From Tubiluchus corallicola (taxonomy: Eukaryota > Animalia > Priapulida), in assembly GCA_030141605.1 (NCBI GenBank), contig JAQGDQ010000001.1:2852001-2916000 (forward strand): a stretch of DNA of 64,000 nt, in the 5' to 3' direction. Under the pieces are notes generated by a model, which did not search any database, had not been told where the DNA came from, and saw only the letters and a program-made list of their open reading frames with translations. The first letter of the stretch is position 1; each line of letters starts with the position of its first letter. The position numbers were made by a program, and so were the translations under genes. Positions 50,801 to 61,931 of this stretch are shown in pieces.

Positions 50801-52599
50801 AAAGCATTCTTAGGGAGTTCTTTGCTAACTAAGCAAAAGTATAAATTACTTTCAATTGTTAGTAAGATCAATTATATGTGTTTGGTGAGTGAGTGGTGCA
50901 CACTGGGAAGGTGAATCAGTAACAATTTACCAGTTTACACAAAAATTTTAAATTACTAAGAATTTTCTTTTTTAGTTACGCAAGTCTTTGAAACAAGAAA
51001 GCGTGATGCAAAGTAATCTAACTTGTATACAGGCAAAATCACTTCCTATTGTTCAGGAAGTCTACAGATTGTGCTTGTCTGCCTAGGATTGGTGTGATGC
51101 TAATATTTCTCCTATGCCAAAGAAAGGTCCTAAAGTACTCACTAAACATCGTTCAGCGTCATTAACTAGCATTGTTGTTAAGAAACTAGAATGTTTAGTT
51201 CAACATCCACTTATGGACTTCTGCATGTAAGAAAATCTTATCAGCTCTAGAAATCATGGTTTTCAGAACGGAAAGTCATGCAGTACCAACCTTGTGGAAG
51301 TTCTTGATGACTGGACATCAGTATGTGATAATTTGGGGGAGGGTGTGGACGTGATTTATCTGGACTTCAGCAAAGCATTTGACACTGTTGCACACAAGCA
51401 ACTACTAGCTAAATTGTATTACTCAGGCATCAGAGGCAAACTGCTCAAGTGGTTTGAAGCATTTTTCTCAAATCGTAGACAAAGAGTAGTAATCAATGGA
51501 ACATCCTCTAGGTGGTGATCTGTTTCTAGCGGTGTTTTGCAAGAGTCTATACTGGGTCCCGTTTTATTCTTACTCTTCGTCAATGATTTGCCAGATTCAG
51601 TTACTTCAGAAATTAGTATGTTTGCTGACGAAACAAAAATCTATCGTCGAGTTCTGATAATAGAAGATTCAATACATTTACAACAAGATTTATTTCATCT
51701 GGAGGCCTGGTCTGATAAATGGTTATTACCGTTTCATGCAGATTAAGTGTGTAGTGTTGCAGTTTAAAGCTCAAGTTTCATCACATTATTAATTGTCTGG
51801 TAGTGAGTTAACACAGATCTAATGATCAGAAGCCTGCTGAGCATATCACCAACATTTGCAAGAACGCAAATCGGATGATTGGATTGATTAAACGATGTTA
51901 TGTTAACCGGGATCCTAAGCAGGTATTAACTCTCTACAAAGCTTATGTGCGACCATTATTAGAATATTCTAGTGTAGTATGGTCACCATCGTTACAATTT
52001 GACATCACGCAATTGCAGAAAGTTCAAGATAGGTGCCTGCGATTATGTTATGCAGTTGATTTGCATCCTGAGATTTGTTCACTCCAACAGAGAAGAGAAA
52101 CAGCTGACTCGTATGAGGTATTCAAGTACGTAAATGGAGACAACCGTGTTGGTTGTGATACACTATTTAAGGCTGCACCTGTACTGTCCACTCGCGGTCA
52201 TTTTATTAAGAAATTGTATAAACCGCATGCAAGAACTAATTGTAAAAGTTCATTTTTCACACCGCGTAGTGAACAAATGGAATAGTTTGCCAGAAAGAGT
52301 GGTTAGTGCACCGAATTTAAACCTTTTTAAGGAGAGATTGAGGGCTTCACGATAGTCATGCTTTAAGAGCCAAAATTATTATGAAAGGATCAAAGCCGTC
52401 CAAGAAGCAAGATCATCAAGTAAACAAAGATCACAATCGCGACGCCAACGTTTGGTGTTGAAGCAATGTGACAACCCATTTTTAAAAATGGGCTAGGAAG
52501 TTTGAGGATCCTTTCGCAATTCAATAAGTTGGAGATAATAGTACGGTCCAGATACCGTAACTTTTAAAAACACATACCTGCCAAGACCGGGGCTGCCAT
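39313..52599 (-). CDS. EIF2A: Eukaryotic translation initiation factor 2A (WD40 beta-propeller), 16 coding exons, 522 aa
   Basis: complement(join(39313..39438,40922..41052,41525..41615,41757..41894,42279..42388,43194..43295,44779..44847,45062..45178,45318..45435,46350..46453,47691..47773,48735..48831,49209..49327,49792..49866,50049..50115,52578..52599)) = 1569 nt, phase-consistent. Motifs PSFVRLYKYP, NKSFFKAD, SYYGEQTL, GFMPAKAT, GFGNLQG, WSPDGE, TSPRLRVGNGYKI and GKQLEKNQLDKI match eIF2A as recalled. Confidence 0.95.
40922..41052 (-). CDS. EIF2A: eIF2A exon 15
   Basis: KSQPYRPPGAQGKQSAFTLHEMPRTQHKAAVQDVDKRAKNIKK. Confidence 0.88.
41525..41615 (-). CDS. EIF2A: eIF2A exon 14
   Basis: VFWQPAAKGIYNEKEISYKAVPSVATAPPL. 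Confidence 0.9.
41757..41894 (-). CDS. EIF2A: eIF2A exon 13
   Basis: WSPDGEYIVTATTSPRLRVGNGYKIYHYTGSLVHQAPVPNDQELFE. Confidence 0.94.
42279..42388 (-). CDS. EIF2A: eIF2A exon 12
   Basis: AC acceptor, then (M)LVLGGFGNLQGNIEFWDLRKRQLISNPKAPDTTDLQ. Confidence 0.9.
42389..43193 (-). other. U12-type AT-AC intron, eIF2A intron 11
   Basis: 5' splice site ATATCCTTT; 3' end TTTTCTTCATCGCATTGTAC. AT-AC splicing restores SPFGN-M-LVLGGFGNL collinear with known eIF2A; phase 1. Confidence 0.88.
42616..43103 (-). mobile_element. hAT transposase C-terminal dimerization-domain remnant inside the AT-AC intron
   Basis: TVAERSFSRLKQIKFYLHSTMSEDSL; terminus-like AGTGGCGTAGCTG on the minus strand at 43091..43103. 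Confidence 0.72.
43194..43295 (-). CDS. EIF2A: eIF2A exon 11
   Basis: FMPAKATLFNTKCEPIFEFGMGPRNSVYYSPFGN, followed by donor ATATCCTTT. Confidence 0.92.
43296..44778 (-). other. U12-type (minor spliceosome) GT-AG intron, eIF2A intron 10
   Basis: 5' splice site GTATCCTTT; branch site CCTTAAC (43308..43314) 12 nt upstream of the acceptor; no long polypyrimidine tract; phase 1. Confidence 0.9.
43770..44330. repeat. Degenerate tandem repeat with units of about 140-170 bp
   Basis: Recurring AAAATGATGTTATT-CCAC-ATCTTGA (about 43862, 43997, 44168) and AAGTTTCATGATGATC (44117, 44260). Confidence 0.6.
44779..44847 (-). CDS. EIF2A: eIF2A exon 10
   Basis: KKGPVYAVEWNPNCTDFCVVFG, followed by donor GTATCCTTT. 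Confidence 0.92.
45062..45178 (-). CDS. EIF2A: eIF2A exon 9
   Basis: TAMLVMAILDVDKSNTSYYGEQTLFYLDIAGASNSIQL. Confidence 0.94.
45318..45435 (-). CDS. EIF2A: eIF2A exon 8
   Basis: GQPSFVRLYKYPFFEGHQAIISNKSFFKADRVNMAWNRN. Confidence 0.94.
45605..45727. repeat. (CT)n microsatellite with C-rich interruption
   Basis: Directly visible. Confidence 0.97.
46350..46453 (-). CDS. EIF2A: eIF2A exon 7
   Basis: KVEKRMHIQKVTSFCLSYNDSPPYYIGAYVPGSK. Confidence 0.92.
46600..47262. mobile_element. pogo/Tc1-type MITE remnant in eIF2A intron 6
   Basis: Right end GAGTTATGCGGAGTTTACTG followed by TA; repeated subterminal TTGAGTTA motifs; internal 27-bp direct repeat at 46858 and 46918; left end not resolved. Confidence 0.55.
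47691..47773 (-). CDS. EIF2A: eIF2A exon 6
   Basis: MPQWTGDEKVCGRMANQEVHFFENGNF. Confidence 0.92.
47814..47852. repeat. (AT)n microsatellite
   Basis: Directly visible. Confidence 0.97.
48735..48831 (-). CDS. EIF2A: eIF2A exon 5
   Basis: CTVPGGLPNMYIWDVETEKEIFSVVQKKQFQW. Confidence 0.9.
49209..49327 (-). CDS. EIF2A: eIF2A exon 4
   Basis: LQVMDMTKKKIVLDGEAQKIISLQLSPTGRFLSAWEQHV. Confidence 0.88.
49792..49866 (-). CDS. EIF2A: eIF2A exon 3
   Basis: ERSSKCRAMHFSHDGRFFAWNNGE. Confidence 0.9.
50049..50115 (-). CDS. EIF2A: eIF2A exon 2
   Basis: VRGTEGVRLTTGPPEYTQLPWLQ|gtaagt. Confidence 0.9.
51085..52430 (+). mobile_element. CR1-type LINE RT fragment in eIF2A intron 1 (antisense to the gene)
   Basis: HGFQNGKSCSTNL, VDVIYLDFSKAFDTVAH, QESILGPVLFLLFVNDLP, MFADETK, LYKAYVRPLLEYSSVVWSP, FSHRVVNKWNSLP, LNLFKERL; stops and frameshifts. 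Confidence 0.92.
52578..52599 (-). CDS. EIF2A: eIF2A coding exon 1
   Basis: aagATG GCA GCC CCG GTC TTG GCA G|gtatgt (MAAPVLA) joins in phase to VRGTEG. Confidence 0.82.
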
Positions 52600-52877
52600 C
52601 TTCTTAATATGATTTGTTTTACTTCAAAAATTACAATTAAAAACGCACCGAAATTCACTGACGGTCTTTGCCCGGGACTTGTTCACGTAAATGTGGTGTT
52701 CATACCCTCATCACGTACCACCTGTACCACCTGTACCTCATCACTGTACCACCCTGATAAAGGACGGAGGCTCAGTGCCTACAGTACATGCTTAGAACAG
52801 TCGAGCCAGAAGAAAGTGTCCTTGCCTCATGGTCTCCTATGTCGCTTAATTAAATGAGTCACTTGGCATCTCTTCGA

Positions 52878-52887
52878 CACACACACA

Positions 52888-52955
<68 letters not shown>
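52878..52955. repeat. (CA)n microsatellite about 280 bp upstream of the eIF2A start codon
   Basis: Directly visible. Confidence 0.97.
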
Positions 52956-52956
<1 letters not shown>

Positions 52957-55900
52957 CATTTCTCTGCTCTTCTTGCTTTATTTGTTAGCGGCTTGACTTC
53001 AAGAACCTTGTCATTTCATTAGAATCAATAATTATGTGTGCTATTTAAATTGGATTTAATCATTCTTCATAGTTGAGCTGCTAAATCGTTACCAACATCA
53101 TCATCAAGTCGACTATATTCATTTTACCGAAACCCCGACCCAACCCAACACACAATTGATACTCAATTTTTGTTTTTAATCGCTCCAGTTTTTCTATCCC
53201 TTCCCCTATAATGAACTTCATACCATATAATAATTTAAGAAAATTAGACCTTGCTCTTTATTTTTACTTTATGTATTGCAACTATAATTTCTTGTATTAC
53301 TAGCTATAGGCGAAAAATAAATGAATAATAATAAATTTTCTCGTTTCATTTAAGGTTTCATTATTAAATCATTATAGTTTTACTCCGAGTTCAAATTTAA
53401 TTATGGACAAATACGTGATTATATTGCATTGATCTGTACGTACCTGTGCAGATCTTTTGGGATTATTCTGACTCAAGCACTCAGCATGTAACAAAAAGTC
53501 GGGATCAACTCCAAAAAAGATTAATTGAATTTCCAAAGTTGAACTGATGATTTAGGTTGATTGTAAATCTTTTGTGAGACTGTGAGCATTTGTTGCATGG
53601 GCATAAAAGCAGTAACTAATAGTGCTTTAAATTTGGCTTGCACATTAGAAAACAAAAGGTCCGTTTTTTGGTCTGCAAAATAATAGTTCAAAAATCTGGT
53701 TGTTAGCTCTGCCAGGTTAACAATTGGTATGAGTCTGCACCTCCACATTTGTGCAAGAAAATGCTGCGGATCTCGACCTGGACCTGAACCAAGCTACTTG
53801 TATGTGAAAGCCATACAATTAAGCTATAACTAGACCCCAACAATTATACTGAAAGGTTGTGTGAAAAATGGTTATTAGAGTTTAAAAAAGCAAAAGCCAG
53901 CTTTTGCGCTCTCTGTCCTAAGCTCTATTACTGTAAAGATGCACACATTCAAGACAATTATTAATCATCTGCCAACGACCTTATACTTGGTATCACAATA
54001 ACCAAAAACTTAAAGTGAGTCCTCAAATTTAAGTAACTATAAGTTTTCACAAGCAAATCAACGTACTGGCATAAATCATCTCCAGGAAAGCTTGAATCTG
54101 TAATAATTCTACTTTACAAAGATGTGCAACCCAGTTCTTGAACAGGTTTTAGTATACGGTCTGGTCGCTGTTCTTAAAGCATTAATGACGCAAAATCTAA
54201 AGTCTATATGCTTCATCGATTATAGCTGGTTGAGGTTGCTGACCTTTCTTCATTATCAACTTTAGAACAATGAAGAGAGATTGTTAAAGTCGTCATTTGT
54301 AATTATAAAAACACAGTAGTCAGTTAAATTTATGGCTTATAAGCCTTTGGGGAAGATGATTAATTTTAATTGTTTTCAGTCTCCCTAGGCTCCTAATTCT
54401 GTGGACATCACTCTAAGCTATTCATTTCTTTTTCATGAGCCAATATTCACTCCTAGTTTTGTGCCTACTGTGCATTAACTATAGACCAAATTGCCAACGA
54501 CATCCATTAATGCACCATCAGGTCCCTTCGATAGGTTGAATTAAAGGATGACTTTAAAAGGTTTGATTGAAAAGGTTTGATTGACTTAAATTATATTAAT
54601 TTTTAAATTAATTATTATTGGGTTCACAAATTTGGTTGTAATTTTTTATCATTGCAATTTGCATTAATTACCATCACGACACAATTCCTTAGAAAATAAT
54701 TGACTATTGTTTATTGTTCTTTTAGCAACTTCATTAGCTTTTTCTTGTTAGCTGACAAGCCAGACTGTAAATTAACTTATCATATGTTACAAAATGGACG
54801 TCTAAGTAAAACAAATTAATAATCACGATGGAATATTTATTGGCGCTGGTTAATTGATTGGCAAAATCAAAATTTAATATTATTACAACATTTAAAAAAT
54901 GCATTTTGTGAAATTTACAATATTTAAATCAGCTCTGTACTAAAACAAGATTCAGGTAAACAGCTATTTCTTTGCTAACGAAATGTGGATGAAATTAGAT
55001 GGGTTATCTGAAAAAAATATTGAAAATGTACCTGATATTGAATTTTTTGATTATCGTTCATCGATTGTACTTGCCTGGAAAATTGTTTTCGGTTAACGAC
55101 TTTCACGTGCTTTGACCATTAACCAAAGTTTATGGGATTGAATCATTGCTGTGTTCGTGTTTTGAAGGCTAATTTATTTCAGAATTCTAATTTTGTTCCC
55201 TGTATCCATTTGTGGGTAATTCCGGACTGTGGCTGGTTTTCTTGTCCGTAGTTTTATTAAAGGAAAAACAATCGTGGAACAACATTCATCAGAATTATTT
55301 TACTTAAAAATATTGAAATTGCTACATAATATACGCGCATAACATGATTTGCTTAAAAATATAAAAGAAATTAAATCATTCCTATCTCCCGCCATATAAA
55401 TGCCGTTATGGGTATATTTAAAAAATATGACGTAGCTGGTGGACTCGGTAACTGACTGTCATGACATAGAGGGCAAGGGTTTCATCACAAACCAAAAAAT
55501 AGTATTAATAATCTCTCGTTTAACAGTTTGGATTGTTTTTAGTTGATAACAGTAACTGCTGCTGCAAAAAGGTTTGCTCAGGCACCTTGCGGGATAAGTG
55601 TTTATATATATATATATTGCACTGTAACTGGATGATCCCGTTTTTCATTCAAATTGAGCACAAGAGTGAAGTGACCGCAGTGTTAAATTTATTTTACTAA
55701 TTAAACGAGGTGCTTAACACTATTTTGCTGAAACTTTCTAACATTTTTCTCAAAATTTAAAATAAGCTCAACTTCCCATGAAACTTAGCTTTTGCTTTAA
55801 ACGGCAACTACTGTAGTACGTACTACTGCAGGTTGTAATTAATTTTACTGCAGATTACTAATGTACTGCTATGATTTTGTCCAGTTTGCTGCTTGCTAAT

Positions 55901-56779
55901 TAAATATATTAAATATTTGTGTGCTGATTATGTCGAGAAGTTATACAATGAATTGACGTGACTGTCTGACTTGCGGACTGCCGGACTTGCTATTTCGTGA
56001 GTTTTGCTAAATATTGTAAAGAAATTGCCCCACAAACATCAGAAATATAAGTTGATTTCCGAGTGAAATTGCGTTGCAAAATTTTAAAAATTGGTTTCAG
56101 TATAATAGTATTCAGTATAGGGTAGATAAATGTATCGGTACAAAGATCAAATAAAAAATGGTGCAGCGATATATCGAGTATCTATACCCAAGATTGGTCA
56201 TCTTGACTGGCCATATGGGTTGTTACTGATAATTTTTTTACCATTGTAAAGAACTTAATGTGGTTTCATTGCTTGCAAAGGAGCATGTTTTACACACTGA
56301 TATTGTCAATTTTGCAATCAATAAAATTTTTTATAATTATTTTACGTAATTTTACTGGACAATGGGTAATATTTGTTTAGCGAATATTGTTTTTAGGTAG
56401 GTTTCAGGTTGGTTGCTGTACTGCTTATAACTAGTCTGAAGGGCAAAGTGACTGCAAAGTCAAGAGTGTGTGTACTTACAAGTATGTGTGTATCAGACCT
56501 ACGATGCATTTCCAATATGGATATTGTTATGTATTAGCTTGGATATAACCTATTTATTTCCAGCAGGTTGCCATAATCCATTTAATTATTTACCTTGGAC
56601 ATTTGACATTCAGTGTTTTTTCAAGTCTTGTTCAAGGGTTTTTGCTTTAATTTTTAATTATATACTGTTATACTTATTTGCTTTATGATTTTAAGAAAAG
56701 TTTCGTTAATTATTATTTTTTACTTATTTAAGATGAATGAGTTTTACGACACGATCTGCTGCTGTGCCTGAAAAGAAAA

Positions 56780-57282
56780 ATGCGATCACACTTTATGTTG
56801 CTGTTGTCAGTATTTTTCCTGCTTTGCTTATGTGAGAAACAGGACACAATGTTGAGAGATAAAATTCAGGAAAATAGTGCATTGCTTTGCTCGGCTTCTG
56901 CTAACATAGACTATCAGTCGATGATGAAAACATATTTTTTATCACCATCTATATTTTATTATTGTGCCAAAGTTGAAAAGAAACTTTCAGATTCAGGAAA
57001 TCTTACAGAAGACTCTGCAGCAGTTGCAAATCGGACAAAAATTATGTGTACTGCCGCCAATGTTAGTGATGATTGCGTGCCTAAAGTTGTATTGGTTAAC
57101 AGTACTGAGCTGATGAGATTACTCCAATTTAGCAGTGAAAGTAAACATGGAAATTGTCTGCTTGTGATGTTTTATGCAGCATTCTGTCCATTTTGTGCCA
57201 ATGTGGCTCCAGCTTACAATGCTTTGGGAAGGGCTTTTAGAACTTTACATGTCGTTGCAATCGATGCAATAAAGTTTAACAG
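56780..57282 (+). CDS. TXNDC15: TXNDC15-like coding exon 1
   Basis: 168-aa ORF with signal peptide and N-terminal half of the Trx fold; donor AG|gtagtg; upstream acceptor at about 56732 implies a non-coding upstream exon. Confidence 0.88.
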
Positions 57283-59552
57283 GTAGTGAAATTCTTGTAT
57301 TGTTATTATAGATTTTACAGTGTTCTAAACAGTTTAAAACTAAATGGTTCACATTACTTCAATAATTAACTTTCTTGTTAGTTAGTTTGATACTTCTCAT
57401 TCCAGAAAGGTCATAAATCATCGTAGATAAATGTATGTCTGTAACTGTGTCAATGAATGTATTCGGTACTTCTGCGGTACGTACGGTAAGCGGTGAGTAC
57501 CGCTTGCTTCATGTTACGTTCTGTAATTAATGTAACTGGCTTGAAGCTAGAACAATATTCTCGTATAACAAAGCTGGGTTTTGTGAATTCAGCTTAATAT
57601 CAAAGTAGTTAACTAGTGTGTTAATATTTCTATAAAGTAGGTTTAGGTGCGTAATAGCCCTCTTACAGTACTTTAGTGTTTTGCATGGTACTGTACCTTA
57701 ATAATCCCTAGTTTAGGTTTGCTTGATTTCTCTGCATTTCCTTTTCTTCACTAATATTATGGATTATTTCTATATTAGTATGTATAATTTTTTATTACAT
57801 TTGCACTGTCGGATTCCTGTGAATCCTGTGTTTAATTTCATCTCATTTGACTGGCCAGAATTTAAATTGTGATTATTACTTGCATTTCATATTCTCTCTC
57901 CTGTCCTTGGAGGGGAAATTATGCCCTTCTGTAAAAATGCCAAAGTGTTTCTTTGTCATTTTTAATTACTTTAAATAAATATACCCATCCTTCGTAAAAG
58001 CAACTAAGAATTTTTTAATTGTCTGTATAATATTTTACCTCTTATACAGCGTGTCTCAGTAGTCATCATACAATTTACATTTTCTGCATTTTTTAACAAA
58101 CAAAGCAGAACTAAGCTATACCAAGTGAGGCATTTTTCACTAAGAAAGTCTATGTGAAGACGAGCTGCATCTAGTTGAAGAACTACAACAATTAATAGTG
58201 AGAGTACAGTTTGGTCAGTAATAGTGCTTTCAAGCTCCGCTGGTCCAAATGGTTCTTTGAATTTCCTCTGACCTTTATTTGGTGATTGAAGAACCTCATG
58301 CCAGGCTGATTTTGCACCACAGCTGAAGGTTACTGCCATTGCCATAGCAATGCGTTCCAAAAAATAAATGAAAAGAATTGCTAAAGGCCCCTTTGATTCA
58401 TGTAAAAGCTTGTTGAGATTGAAAAACAATTAAAAAGAAAATTAGAAGTCAAAATGTATTGTGGCTTATGTGATACCCTGTATTTTAAATACAAGTTAAT
58501 GTACCTTTGTCCTTTTATACACACTTTAAGCTAAATAACTTTTCCAAGTGGGAAGATTGTTGCAGCAGCACAAAACCTATTTCATTATCAAATAACTATC
58601 ATCTGAGGTCAGTCAAATCCTTCCTCAACAAGAGAAAATAGCCTCAGTGGTCACTCATCCACTTGCTAATCCAGCCTGGGTTGCTTAGTTTGCAGTTAAG
58701 CACACCTTTGTACCCTCGGCTATTCTCTTATCCTTAATATTAATTACAGACTGGCTGATCATGTTGGGCCTATTTCATTTATGTAAAATCTATTAATTTA
58801 ATTGTGTTTTATTGTATTGTAGTGTTAATACAAGGTTAGGAACATTTGCTGTACCAAACATACTGTTTTTTCACAATGGACGGCCAGTGTTAAAATTCAA
58901 TCATACAGAGAGAACATTCAATAATTTAAAATCATTTGTGACTTCTGCAACTGGACTTCAGCCCAATGAATCAGTCAACGTATCTGATGAAGATTATAAA
59001 GGTTTGTCATTTTAAATTTAGTGATATATGTAGTCATAAACTGTTTTACCTAGTCATCAAAGTTTGTTAAGTTATAAAAATTAGAGAAAATATAAGCCAG
59101 GAGCATGTAATTGACCAATGTGCCACGTTTCCTAAGCTGATGTTGTAGCAATTTGCAAAAAATTAAGAAGCTGGTTTTGTGATTTCCAGGCATTGCCACA
59201 TCATTTTTACTGCAGCACTACTCAAATTCATATTTGTTTGTGAACTTAAAACGTGTATCTGAATAAATTACTTGAGGCCTTCTTGTAAACCTAACATACA
59301 TTGTGCATAGGAAAGGCTTTTCGAAACTAATGAATACACAGATTTTTTATGTGCGCATTCACTTCATCTTTTCCAGGTCCAATGCCCAGTGTTGAGGTGC
59401 AGTATAATGATTATTTGTTATGGCTTGCATGGGCATTCTTGATCAGCTGTGCAGCTTGGTTTGTTGTGCAATCCCATGTTGGTCGTCAAATGATGGCTAC
59501 TGCATGGGGCAAAATTAGACCTCTAGTCATGAGACATCAACACATTGATTGA
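56780..59552 (+). CDS. TXNDC15: Thioredoxin domain-containing protein 15-like (signal peptide, Trx fold, C-terminal TM helix), 285 aa
   Basis: join(56780..57282,58823..59001,59377..59552) = 858 nt in phase. Hydrophobic N-terminus; CLLVMFYAAFCPFCANVAPAYNALGRAF; NTRLGTFAVPNILFFHNGRPVLKFNHTERT; DYKGPMPS; TM LLWLAWAFLISCAAWFVV; C-terminus QHID. Confidence 0.9.
58823..59001 (+). CDS. TXNDC15: TXNDC15-like coding exon 2
   Basis: VNTRLGTFAVPNILFFHNGRPVLKFNHTERTFNNLKSFV...DEDYK. Confidence 0.92.
59377..59552 (+). CDS. TXNDC15: TXNDC15-like coding exon 3
   Basis: ttttccag|GPMPSVEVQYNDYLLWLAWAFLISCAAWFVV...HQHID-TGA. Confidence 0.9.
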
Positions 59553-60364
59553 ACTTACTCAAAGGACTTTCTGAACTATAGGCAGTGCATGAATATCAAC
59601 TCAAGGTACCAAGAAATTCTTGACCCAAATTTTTGTTAATTCTTATCACAGTAAAATAATACAGTATAATTTATTTTTATTTAGTTTCACTTCATTTTAG
59701 CCACAATAATATTAGTGTGTTTCAATATTTAAAAAAGACTATCCAATAATATGGCTAATTTAGCATTGCTGAATAGACTCATGATGATTACTTATAAATT
59801 GTGACATTTTGCCAAAATTTGAAAGATAATGTTACCTCATAGGTAACATAGTACATATTTGTATATATATTCATGTTGTGATAGCATTGATAGCAAAACA
59901 AGAGTAAAACCTTTAAAATAATGTCTTTACTTACGTATGCATAACAGTTAAAAATATTTTTGCAGTCAAGCCTCGCTATGAAACCTGTGCTGTAACGGCT
60001 GTTTCTGCTTTGTTCAGATTTCCATACATATTATTACTCCCATGATAACTTACCCTTATCTTTCAAAGCTGACATGTATACTAATCAAAGTAGATTAATT
60101 ATTGATATGTCATCAAACTTGGCCTTTCTGCCTTCTAGCTATGATGTGAAATTTAGTGATGTCTCTGACCAGGCAATATAATTATTATTTGATTGTATTT
60201 TTGTGTAATGCCTTTTTAAACAAAACAGTATTTGGATAGCTCAAATGGTAGCACGTGTCATGACTTAAGCAGAATTTAAGCATAAAACTTATGTGAAATT
60301 TCTATTTAAGCCCAGTAAACCAAGCATTGCTGTATATATGTATTATCACGTGCTGATTATAATA

Positions 60365-61325
60365 CAGTAAACGCCGTTTAATAGACTCACTTTGGGACCG
60401 ACGTGTTTTGACCCAATTAACCGACTGAACCTATTATTCAATGGGTGTAGTATTACTGGTATAGAAGTATGAGTCATCAGCTTAGTGTGCACTGCAAAGG
60501 TTTTTAATGCATTTTAGAAACGACGTAATGGGTAAATTCCTTTGTGCAGTTAAAAATTTGAATAAATATTTGAAAGTATTAGTTTATATAAACGAATTAG
60601 CAATAAATTAAAAAGTATAGTTTTATAAATCACAGACTTTTCTAAGTCAGTTTATTTGCTAAAATTACAAAAATTCCTTCAAAGTCGACTGCTTCATTTT
60701 CTCGTGAAGAAGTTGGCCCACAAAGTTCTAGTAATTATAAAAACATTGAAAATCTATTGTTGTGTGTGACTAAAACAGTTCTGAATCGTCTGCTTGCCTA
60801 CACTGCCCTTATTTGCTGCATGCTGTTTACTCTTGTGAGTCACAAGGAATACCGGCTGATAATTGTACCTGCATCTTTGACTGTTAACTTATTAAGCCTG
60901 AAAGCGTGATTTGCAAAGAGAGCATCAAAAGGAAACCGCTAGGCAAGTAATTAAATGTTTAGCTACCAGAAATTCTTTGAGTAACAGTGGGCGAGTGGAT
61001 AACAGATTCAAAGCAAAACTTCTATACTAGCGTATTAGCGTATTAACGTGCCTGCTTACAAACAAAACGGTACTTAATAAGATTGTTTTCTGCATACATA
61101 GTGCACAAAAGGGAAGTAAAGATGACATAAAAGTAGGAAAGGTTCTTTGGGCACATACAAATGTCTTATTTTAAGTTGGTGAAGGAAAAATATGGAGTCA
61201 ATTATGCGAAGTTATATGAGTCAATTACCCATAGTTTTTATGTGGAAGCGGCCCGTTCCAGGCGTTTTTCAGTCAAGTAAGCGATTGAATCTATTAACCG
61301 TGCGTCTATTAAGTGGCGCCTACTG
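60365..61325. mobile_element. pogo/Tc1-mariner-type MITE, copy 1 (961 bp)
   Basis: TA|CAGTAAACGCCGTTTAATAGAC ... GTCTATTAAGTGGCGCCTACTG|TA; no ORF; collinear with 61932..62889. Confidence 0.88.
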
Positions 61326-61931
61326 TAGTACATTACTGTAACTACCCCTCTTATGAGCTAAAGTACCTTCAGTCCATCAGCCAAAATCACCTCCAAATTG
61401 CAATTGCAGTCAAAGTAGTGAAAAAGTAGTAAATTATGAATAAGAAATCTGATAAGTATTTGTGCAAAAAGTGAGCTATATAAACTGCCACGCAAAAATG
61501 ACCTGCAATCTATATGCAGTGGTGCAAGTTGTGGCTACCACAGAATTAAGAGACACAGACGTGACAATAGGCCCTTTGTAAAACTTGGAACCAAGTACCT
61601 GTAGCTATTTTGTCTGTGCTGAATGCTTAGAATGGTGAAAGCAAAATAATAATTTTTGTGTTTGGGTTGTTACTAAGTACTTTGTTCATTACTGTAAGTG
61701 CTGGATTAAGGCATTGCTGTGCTATATATTGTAGTAATTCAAGGAAAAACATCAGTCCAACAACGATTGAAGTGGTGAAAAAGTATCTTTTCTGGAACCT
61801 TATAAAAGACTATAAAAGGTAAGAATTGGTGTACACTTCTTATTTTTAAGCAAGATGCAGCCTTGCTTGCTGTCATTGTCGTAATAAATATAGCTTTTAC
61901 TTGTTGCCTTAAAACTACTAATTGGTAATTA

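Noticed and set aside
58004-58429. 141-aa minus-strand ORF in the first coding intron of TXNDC15
   Set aside because: Non-ATG start, no recognisable domain and no splice partners.
60232-60265. tRNA-like GGATAGCTCAAATGGTAGCAC
   Set aside because: Only a D-arm/A-box-like fragment; there is no T-loop/B-box or acceptor stem. At most a SINE scrap.
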